A stretch of DNA of 64,000 nucleotides from Candidatus Multivoradales bacterium. Its GTDB lineage: Bacteria; Acidobacteriota; Thermoanaerobaculia; Multivoradales; JAHEKO01. The translations under genes were made by a program, and so were the position numbers. Shown in pieces: positions 56,774-64,000 of this stretch (position 1 is the first letter of the stretch; each line of letters starts with the position of its first letter). The DNA is taken from positions 384,001 through 448,000 of the forward strand of contig CBDCXM010000008.1 in assembly GCA_965223855.1 (NCBI GenBank). Reading direction: 5' to 3'. Below the pieces are notes generated by a model that had not been told where the DNA came from, ran no database searches, and was given only the letters and a program-made list of their open reading frames with translations.

Positions 56774-58957
56774 CTAGCCTCCCTCGCCTCCGACCAGCTC
56801 GGTGAAGATCCCGCACCGGGTCGTCTCGACGTAGAGATCGACCGCTCCGGCCTTCGACAGCGCCTCCCAGCGGAAGATGTCCTCCAGGACGGCCAGCGGC
56901 TCTCCGGCACAGGGCCCCGCCTCGAGGCTCGCCCCTTCCAGCACTCGGCCGGCCCCGACCTCGAAGACGACGTCTCCCCCCGCGCAAAGTGCCTCGGAGG
57001 ACGGAACCTGCGAGGAGCGCCCCCGGAGCTCGGAGCGGAGAAAGGGGCCGAGCTCCGTGTCGGCGGGAAGCCATCCGTCCGCATTGAGGTCCGCTCCCGG
57101 CAGTCGCCTCTCCAGCGCATCGGCCACGACCGCCGCAAACTGACTGTCGTCGCTCACCCGCTCACGGGCGCTGCCGGCAGACATCCACACTCTGGCGGGT
57201 TGCCGGCCGAGCCATTCGGCGGAACCCGGCTCGGGCCCCTCACTCGAGAGGAACGGGAAGTCCCTCGCACGCCTCAGAGCCTCTCTCCCGGGCGGGCATT
57301 CCCGATCGCTGTCGGCCGGCAGGAACACCTGGCCGGAGAAACAACTGTCTAAGACGAGAAGCTGCTGGCGCGCCCGATCGAGCCTGACGAGCGACCACTG
57401 GCGCACCTCGTCCATGCTGACGGCGGCCTGGCGAAAGTCGACCGCCTCTCGGGAGGGGGCATCCACGGGGACGATCCAGCCAACCTCGATGCCCAGCTCC
57501 CGGCTGCGGGTGAGATGTCCGTGCCCCGCGTAGTAGACGACCAGCCGCTCGTCCGGATGGATCGATCTCTCGAGTCGTTCGACGAGTGTCTCCAAATCCT
57601 GCCGGGTCGGGTTGGCCAGAAACTCGACGTCGAAGCTCTGCGCCTCCAGAGCGGAGCGCAGGCGGAGTGCGTCTCGTCGGGCTCCCGGAAGGTCGGGCCA
57701 GTCGCGATACTGCCAGGCGCCGATCACCACGGCGCGGCTGGGACCCGGATAGCCGCGAGACTCCTCCTCCAGCCACGCTTCCACCTCCTCGCGAAGCGAA
57801 TCGCCCGAGACCTCGGGCGCTTCGGCCGCCATGGAGAGGTACCGTCGCGCCGCCTCACGTTCGCCACAGCGAGCGGCGGAAAGCGCGAGCGATACCGCAG
57901 GCGACCCCTTCGCGGCGCCCGGCTCGACCGCTCCCCATGCCGCGAGTGCGCACTCGAGGCGCGGGACTCCCACCAGTCCCACCTCCTCGCAGGACTGGCT
58001 CCGGGCGATCGCCGTTCCGGCGAGGTAGTCGGACGTCGCGAATCGGGCCGCGTCCGGATGGGTGGCATCGTAGCCGCACGAAGGACGGTCCGATGCGCGT
58101 ACGAACGACGCCAGGCGAGGCTCCCAGGCTCCCCCGCCGCCGGGCTCCCGGCCGCGCTGCCGAAGGGACCGCTCGAGCTCTTCCACAAGGCTTCGGGAGA
58201 GGTCCGAGAGCGCTGCCATCAGGTCGACCTCGAGAGCTGCGACCTCCGCTTCCAGGTCGGCGATGTCCCTCGCGATCGGCGTGATCGACGCCAAAGTCTC
58301 CCAGATGTCGCGGTCACCGGGTGGCACCCCTTCGGAGGCGAGCGAAGCAAGCAGCCGGCGGCGGCGGGCGTCGAGCGCCTCGATCGTCGCCGACCAGCGC
58401 TGTGCTCGCCGGAGCCACTCCTCACGCCGTTGCGGCAGGGCGAGCGTCACGGACTCGAGATCGCCGACCCCCGCCTGCGCTCGCGCAATCGTCGCCTCAA
58501 TCCGACGGAGGGTACGCGGGAGAACCACGGCGGCGATCGTGCGATCCGGCGCCAGCTTCTTGAGCCGCCTCGCCTCGTACCGCAGGAGGGTGCCGGACCG
58601 GCTTGAGCTCGCGCCCGCATCGAGCTGCTGCCGGGAGATCTCCCAATGCTCGCTCGCCCGTGCGAAGTCGCCGATCTCGAACAGCGACCAGCCGAGGAAG
58701 AAGTGCGGCAGGAACGGCACCCAGCGCTGACCGTAGACCTGAACGTCTCCCCGGCTGCCGTCGCCGGCCGAGCCTTCGATGGTCTCCTCGAAAAGGAGCG
58801 CCGACTCTCGCCAGCGCCCGAAGTCGAACGCCTCCACTGCCTGGAGGAAGCTTCCGGCCGCGCTTCGCGTGGCTGCGCTGCCCCGATCCGCCGTGCCTGC
58901 CGCGCTCGCCGACAGGACTGCGACCGCCACGATCGGCCAGATCCCGGCCCTCACCAT
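56774..58957 (-). CDS. Exported TPR/coiled-coil protein with C-terminal caspase-like (peptidase C14) domain
   Basis: Signal peptide; TPR-like 'VYGQRWVPFLPHFFLGWSLFEIG'; C14 motifs 'RAVVIG..Y..WPDL', 'YYAGHG', 'LDSCFSG'. Confidence 0.82.
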   Translation of the reverse strand: MVRAGIWPIVAVAVLSASAAGTADRGSAATRSAAGSFLQAVEAFDFGRWRESALLFEETIEGSAGDGSRGDVQVYGQRWVPFLPHFFLGWSLFEIGDFARASEHWEISRQQLDAGASSSRSGTLLRYEARRLKKLAPDRTIAAVVLPRTLRRIEATIARAQAGVGDLESVTLALPQRREEWLRRAQRWSATIEALDARRRRLLASLASEGVPPGDRDIWETLASITPIARDIADLEAEVAALEVDLMAALSDLSRSLVEELERSLRQRGREPGGGGAWEPRLASFVRASDRPSCGYDATHPDAARFATSDYLAGTAIARSQSCEEVGLVGVPRLECALAAWGAVEPGAAKGSPAVSLALSAARCGEREAARRYLSMAAEAPEVSGDSLREEVEAWLEEESRGYPGPSRAVVIGAWQYRDWPDLPGARRDALRLRSALEAQSFDVEFLANPTRQDLETLVERLERSIHPDERLVVYYAGHGHLTRSRELGIEVGWIVPVDAPSREAVDFRQAAVSMDEVRQWSLVRLDRARQQLLVLDSCFSGQVFLPADSDRECPPGREALRRARDFPFLSSEGPEPGSAEWLGRQPARVWMSAGSARERVSDDSQFAAVVADALERRLPGADLNADGWLPADTELGPFLRSELRGRSSQVPSSEALCAGGDVVFEVGAGRVLEGASLEAGPCAGEPLAVLEDIFRWEALSKAGAVDLYVETTRCGIFTELVGGEGG

Positions 58958-60555
58958 CGGTAGACGGCCGCGACGCTGACGATCTCGACCCGCTCCGACA
59001 CGTCGGCGGCGAGATCGATCTGAAAGCGCTGGCGCGACGGCACGATGCCGACGCCGCCGGTAACGTGCCATTCGTCCTCGCCCGGCAGGAACCGCGCCGC
59101 CAGCCGATCCAGCGGGGGTGGGAGGTTGCCGATGGAAGATCCGGGAACGTCACCGTCCGGCTCCAGTTCGAACCTCAATTGATGATCGGGATCACGCCAC
59201 GCCCCCGCCCGAAGCGCCACCTTGTGGCGCTGACCGAGCACGACCTCGAAGCCGAGGCGCCATTCGTCGCCGTCGTCCACAGCGAATCTGTCGAAGCGCG
59301 GCTGACGCGTCGTACACGGTATCGGCGGTTCGTTCAGCCGACCCGATCTGGAGTAGATCCCGCAGTCGGCCGGCGCCAGCACGTTCAGCAGGACGTTGCT
59401 TCGCGGCCGGAGCTGCGAGTACTCGACCCGGGTCCAGTCGACCGATGCCCGCAGGCGCTTGCCAAACCTCTTCGAGGCGCCCAGCGACCACGAGTCGGGG
59501 ACCCGGAAGTCGCCGACTCCGGACAGCGCGACCTCCACCGCCGGATCGGCGGCGTCGGGATTGCCCGTCTCTAGGGCGCGGTCGAGGGCGCCCTGCCCCC
59601 ACTCGAACCGGTACTCGGTGCGGAAGGCGGGAGCCCGCCGGTAAACGGCGCCCACGCTCCAGCTGGCATCCGAGGCCCGCAGCATCACTCCTGCGGACCA
59701 GGAGACCGCACCGTCGTCGGCCGTCTGGAGCTGCCGGTTTGTCTCGTTCCCGGGCACGGTCTCCACAGGTCCTGGGAGCGCTGCGTTGCCACTGCCGGGA
59801 TCGATCGTCAGGTAGCGCTGCATCCGCGAGTCGAGGCGAAGCTCGCTGTAGCCGAGGGTCACTCCGCCCGAGAGCCGTCCCGCACCGATCGTGGCGATCT
59901 CCCGGGCGAGACTCACGCCGGTCGTCGCGATCCGTAGAGAGTAGGTCCCCTCGATCGCCGCCAGCCGGCTTCGCGTCGGACGGTTGGTCCCTGGGCCTCC
60001 CAGAAAGGGACCCTCGCTGCTGATCTCCGAAAGATAGTCCGCCAATGCGTGCCGGAAAAGCGCGAGTCTCCAGCGCTCCCGGTACACGGGTGAGCCGCCG
60101 GCCGAAGAGCCTGGCCGCCGGAAGAGATGGACATACGACGCGAACGCGACGCCCTCTGTAGTGGCGGTGTGGTCGTCGAGGACCGGCGAGTCGCTCGTGT
60201 CGAGACAGGGCGCCGACGGCATCCCCGGACAGAACTGCGCCGCGCCGCTGGCGCTCCCGCGATCGGGGAAGCGGGTGATGTGGCCGTTGCTGCGGAGCTC
60301 GACGGAGACCTCGGGCCTTCTCAACCAGAGCAGCCCCGCCGGGTTGGCGTAGGCAGCGGTCGCGTCGTCGGCCAGCCCTGAGAAGGCCCCTCCCATAGCG
60401 AGGCTGCGAGCTCCGGGAGGTGCCATGCTGAACTGCTGTCCCGCATGCACCTCGTCGTTCGTCTGCGCTCCGAGTGCAGCCACGCCGAGGACCAGCGACA
60501 CCAGGAACGCAGGAACCGGGGCCGACCGCAGGGAGGAGCGTGGACATCCAGGCAT
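58951..60555 (-). CDS. FadL/Toluene_X-like outer-membrane beta-barrel
   Basis: Signal peptide, PGARSLAMGGAFSGLADDATAAYANPAGL, 'PDSWSLG', ALRAG, C-terminal aromatic YRW. Confidence 0.85.
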   Translation of the reverse strand: MPGCPRSSLRSAPVPAFLVSLVLGVAALGAQTNDEVHAGQQFSMAPPGARSLAMGGAFSGLADDATAAYANPAGLLWLRRPEVSVELRSNGHITRFPDRGSASGAAQFCPGMPSAPCLDTSDSPVLDDHTATTEGVAFASYVHLFRRPGSSAGGSPVYRERWRLALFRHALADYLSEISSEGPFLGGPGTNRPTRSRLAAIEGTYSLRIATTGVSLAREIATIGAGRLSGGVTLGYSELRLDSRMQRYLTIDPGSGNAALPGPVETVPGNETNRQLQTADDGAVSWSAGVMLRASDASWSVGAVYRRAPAFRTEYRFEWGQGALDRALETGNPDAADPAVEVALSGVGDFRVPDSWSLGASKRFGKRLRASVDWTRVEYSQLRPRSNVLLNVLAPADCGIYSRSGRLNEPPIPCTTRQPRFDRFAVDDGDEWRLGFEVVLGQRHKVALRAGAWRDPDHQLRFELEPDGDVPGSSIGNLPPPLDRLAARFLPGEDEWHVTGGVGIVPSRQRFQIDLAADVSERVEIVSVAAVYRW

Positions 60556-60656
60556 GTCCGGCGACTCCGACAGGGTGTTGCTACAGTACGTCGATCTCTG
60601 GCAGCTCACGTGAACCACTCCTATCTATCACGCGGGATCGGCTCTTCTTTTCCACC

Positions 60657-61766
60657 ATGAGAGCGACCGGACGGGAGGATCCCTCCCCCACCTCGCGAAG
60701 CGACTTCACCCGCTATCTCAGGGAAGCCGTCGGTGAACCGGGGCCCGACGACGAGTCGGTCGAGCGCTGCTGGGAGGCACTCTCGCGTGCCCTGCAGACG
60801 GAACTCGTCCGCAGGGGGTTGTGGTCCCAGCCGCCGCGCTACGTCGGGATCGAAGGTACCTCCTGGCTCGAAGGCAGGAAAGAAGGGCTCGCAACACCCT
60901 TCGACGAGCTCCTCGCCGACTGCTTCTCCTACATCTTCGTCGATCGAGCCCAGAGCCTGGCGGCGCACCTCGCCACGAAAGTCGGGATCGAAGGACTGGT
61001 GTTCCGCAACATTCGCAACTTTCTCTTCGAGCGCCAGCGCTATCACGATCCGGTCGGATTCCGTGCTTTCGACCTCCTGCGTCGAGGTCTCTCCGAGCTG
61101 ACCGCCGACGGCCGTCTGCACGCTTCCACCCGCAAACTGGGCAATCGAACGCGCATCTCCGTCGCCTCGTCCGATTCCGCCGCCGACGCGGCGCCCGATC
61201 TCGACACGGGAGAGTTGGAATCGCTCGCTCGAGTCGTTTTCGACTCGCTCTTCAGGTCAGGCGACCGATCGGCGGTCCTGTCGGAGCTGGTCCGCCACGC
61301 ACGGAAGCTCCAGCAGTCGGGCGTCGACGGGTACCGCCTGGGAGACCTCGCCGCGGCCGTGAAGGCCCTGGTGCGGGCCAGGTGGTCGGCCGTCGCTCAG
61401 TCGGAGATCGGCGAGAACGACGGCACCGATACTCCCGGCCGAGCGCCGGCTGCGACCGCACCGTCCTCGGGATTCGTCGTGGCGCAGCTCGTGCGCTGCG
61501 TCGAGGGGCTTGCCGACGACCTCGGCTGGGACTCGCAGCAGCTCGACCGCCTCTATTCCGTGTGGCGACACTTCGTCGCCACCGCGGTCGAGTCGGGGGA
61601 CACCAGGATCCCCTCCGCCCGCGCCGCCTCGAGGGCCACCGGAGTGCCTCGCGACCGGATCCCCGAGCTTCGAAGGGCCTTGGGGGGCCTCGTTCGGCGC
61701 TGTCTCGGAACAGACGCGGCGCCTTCCGGAGCCAGTTCGTCGGCCGCGCCCGTTAGTGAGGGATGA
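60657..61766 (+). CDS. Hypothetical cytoplasmic protein, possibly a divergent sigma-70/ECF-like regulator
   Basis: Region-2-like 'FDELLADCFSYIF...IEGLVFRNIRNFLFERQR' and C-terminal HTH-like 'PSARAASRATGVPRDRIPELRRAL'. Confidence 0.5.
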   Translation: MRATGREDPSPTSRSDFTRYLREAVGEPGPDDESVERCWEALSRALQTELVRRGLWSQPPRYVGIEGTSWLEGRKEGLATPFDELLADCFSYIFVDRAQSLAAHLATKVGIEGLVFRNIRNFLFERQRYHDPVGFRAFDLLRRGLSELTADGRLHASTRKLGNRTRISVASSDSAADAAPDLDTGELESLARVVFDSLFRSGDRSAVLSELVRHARKLQQSGVDGYRLGDLAAAVKALVRARWSAVAQSEIGENDGTDTPGRAPAATAPSSGFVVAQLVRCVEGLADDLGWDSQQLDRLYSVWRHFVATAVESGDTRIPSARAASRATGVPRDRIPELRRALGGLVRRCLGTDAAPSGASSSAAPVSEG

Positions 61767-61773
61767 GAGAGCG

Positions 61774-62769
61774 ATGAATCCGCAACCCGATCGACGAGAG
61801 CTCGCGGCGAGAGCGCGCCGACAACTGCGCGCAGCGGCGGGAGGGCACCACGTCGGGCGGGCTCCCGAGCCCGGCTCGCTCGTGGTGTTCACGGAGTCGC
61901 GTCATCCGGTGCAATGGGTCGTGGTGGCAGCGAGCGAGGTACCGCAGGCCACTCTCGAGCTCGTACCCGCCGATCCAGTGGCACTGCTGGGGACCGGTGA
62001 TCTCTCGTCCCGACCCGAGGGGACGGAGTCGAGCCTCACCGTTCGATGCCGATGGGCACGAACGGTGCCGCTCCCCTCTCCCGAGAGCGTCGTCGTCATC
62101 GATCGGCTCCCGCATCAGGACCTGCACAGGATCGTGGCCGAGGCTCGAAGCCCCCGAACTCGCTTCGCCGCGCGAGGCGTCGACGACAGCCACGACTACC
62201 AGGACTGGATCGACGACGTCGTCCAACCGGCAATGGACGAGTTGGAACAGCTCTCGGAAGAACCTCTGCGGCTCGAGCGGCCTCGGCGAGCCGCACGGGA
62301 GGGGGCACGAAGCGGAGCCTGGACCCGGGCATGGACTCGTGCCGCAGCCGCTGCGCTCCTCGTCGGTCTCGGCTTCGCCTGGGGTACCCTCCAGACTCGC
62401 GAGAATCGGCGGGAGGGCGCCTTCGAGAGCACCTTCGTGCCGCTCTCGGCGGTGTCGCCGACGCGGGCCGGTAAGCCCATCGATCCGGCGCCGACCCTCC
62501 CGGCGCCGACCCTCCCGGTGAGCGGCTCGTACAGCCTCCTCTTCGCGATGACCCCGGACTGGAATTCCGATGGCCGGCCGCTGCGGCTCGACTTCACATC
62601 GACCGGGGAGGCGGATTCGTTCGAGATCCTCGAGGTGTCCGAAGTCGCGATCGACGGCCGCGGCTATGTCTCCGTCGTCGTCCCCGCGGAGATGCTGGCT
62701 CCCGGCGAGTGGCAGGTGCACCTTTCGGGCGCGGGCGAGGCGCTCGTCTATCGGTTCCGCGTCGACTGA
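61774..62769 (+). CDS. Bitopic membrane protein, anti-sigma-like architecture
   Basis: Cytoplasmic N-domain, one TM (AAAAALLVGLGFAW), extracytoplasmic beta-rich C-domain ending 'LAPGEWQVHLSG...YRFRVD'. Confidence 0.55.
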   Translation: MNPQPDRRELAARARRQLRAAAGGHHVGRAPEPGSLVVFTESRHPVQWVVVAASEVPQATLELVPADPVALLGTGDLSSRPEGTESSLTVRCRWARTVPLPSPESVVVIDRLPHQDLHRIVAEARSPRTRFAARGVDDSHDYQDWIDDVVQPAMDELEQLSEEPLRLERPRRAAREGARSGAWTRAWTRAAAAALLVGLGFAWGTLQTRENRREGAFESTFVPLSAVSPTRAGKPIDPAPTLPAPTLPVSGSYSLLFAMTPDWNSDGRPLRLDFTSTGEADSFEILEVSEVAIDGRGYVSVVVPAEMLAPGEWQVHLSGAGEALVYRFRVD

Positions 62770-62883
62770 GCCGGCAGCAGCACTTCAGGTGGCAGCGGAG
62801 AGGAAGCGGCGGGTCGGCCCAACGGACGCTCGCCGGCCAATCCGGCGAGCGCTGCCGTTAGGTAGTGGACGGAGGTCGAGACT

Positions 62884-63459
62884 ATGCACGCTACCGCCGT
62901 CACCGGAGTCACCTCGCCTATCGGCGATCTGCCTTCGTCGCAAGGAGTCGAGTCGCCTGCCGGCTGCGGCGACTCACTCGTCGAACAGCTCTACCCTCAG
63001 CTCGTTGCCATGGCGACCCGGCTCATCTCGAGCGAGCCGTTCCACGGAAATCTCGAGGGCGAAGCCCTGGCCCACGAGGCCTATCTGCGCCTGCGACTCC
63101 AGACGACGCGCTGGAGAGGTGCCGGGCACTTCCTCGCCATCGCCGGGAGGATCATGCGTCGCTTGCTGATCGATCGGGCTCGAGCACGCTCCGCCCGCAA
63201 GCGCGGCGGCGACATGATCGTGGTGCGCCTCGACGAACACGCCGAGTCGTCTCCCGCTGCGACGAGCACGACGACGAACCGCTTCGCCATCGGTGAGCTG
63301 GCACGGAGCTCGCCGGAGCTCGCCAGCGTCGCCCTGCTGCGCGCCATCCACGGCTTCACGCTCGCCGAGACAGCGACGCACCTCGGCCTCTCGGAAAGCA
63401 CCGTCGTGCGACGATGGGCTGAGGCCCGCGCGCGCCTCCGGCCCCGGATGGAGCGCTGA
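62884..63459 (+). CDS. ECF sigma factor, TIGR02999 (Sigma70_ECF) type
   Basis: LYPQL, ALAHEAYLRL, HFLAIAGRIMRRLLIDRAR...RKRGG, TVVRRWAEARARL. Confidence 0.85.
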   Translation: MHATAVTGVTSPIGDLPSSQGVESPAGCGDSLVEQLYPQLVAMATRLISSEPFHGNLEGEALAHEAYLRLRLQTTRWRGAGHFLAIAGRIMRRLLIDRARARSARKRGGDMIVVRLDEHAESSPAATSTTTNRFAIGELARSSPELASVALLRAIHGFTLAETATHLGLSESTVVRRWAEARARLRPRMER

Positions 63460-63587
63460 CGAGCACCATCGCGACTCCGCCGTCTCGGCACGCCTCCACG
63501 GGGAGACGCACCACGACCGCAGCGCCGGCCGCCTGACACTGCAGGCCGTTGGTTGCCCGCGAGGCGACTGCGATACCCTCCCCGGCG

Positions 63588-64000
63588 ATGAACGCTCGTC
63601 ACCTCAAGGACGCCGCCAGCGGCCGCATCGAAGTCATCGCCGGCGGCATGTTCTCCGGCAAGAGCGAGGAGCTCGTCCGGCGTCTCAAGCGCGCCGTCAT
63701 CGCCCGCCAGCGGGTCCAGGCGTTCAAGCCGGCGATCGACACGAGACACGACCCGGAAGTGCTCGTCACCCGTGACGATCGGCGCCTCGCCGCCGTCAGT
63801 GCCGAAACCTCTGCCGCCGTCGAAGCCGCGCTCGAAGACGACGTGCAGGTCGTCGGCATCGACGAGGCCCAGTTCTTCGACCTGGAGCTGGTCGAGGTCG
63901 CCATGCGGCTCGCCGATCGGGGCGTCCGGGTGATCCTCGCCGGGCTCGATCAGGACTACCTGCGCCGCCCGTTCGGCCCGATGCCGGCGCTACTGTCGTT
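63588..64000 (+). CDS. tdk: Thymidine kinase (partial, runs off the window)
   Basis: [49 protein letters not shown]. Confidence 0.95.
   Translation, partial: MNARHLKDAASGRIEVIAGGMFSGKSEELVRRLKRAVIARQRVQAFKPAIDTRHDPEVLVTRDDRRLAAVSAETSAAVEAALEDDVQVVGIDEAQFFDLELVEVAMRLADRGVRVILAGLDQDYLRRPFGPMPALLS

Overview
High-GC bacterial chromosome segment. The gene repertoire (CRTAC1/ASPIC-UnbV proteins, VPS10/BNR proteins, a C-terminal 'FADGFESGD..WS' motif, a TIGR02999-type ECF sigma) suggests Acidobacteriota, possibly Thermoanaerobaculia; this taxonomy is inferred. In order, the window holds: convergent TPR+CRTAC1 pairs; queA; gcvT/gcvH; a PAP2+GT4 pair; a polyphosphate cluster (ppk1-sixA-ppx); a B12-mutase cluster (icmF, mutAB, meaB) with a RAYT-like HUH transposase inside it; a secreted trypsin-like protease gene interrupted by two in-frame TGA codons; an FG-GAP protein; yceI; an RHH-PIN toxin-antitoxin pair; a gene with a strongly structured 5' leader; a cold-shock protein; a QseEFG/GlrKR-like sigma54 triad beside two divergent ompA-family genes; a complete Pho regulon (oprP-phoU-pstSCABB-phoBR plus an alkaline phosphatase, with Pho boxes); a module of caspase, FadL-like barrel, sigma-like, anti-sigma-like and ECF genes; and the start of tdk. 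No rRNA, tRNA or CRISPR array was seen. The best leads for new biology are the caspase/barrel/sigma-like module, the structured leader RNA before the 'KRRVRERMEKTGESY' protein, the double-UGA protease, and the divergent sigma54 promoters that share a tandem enhancer.
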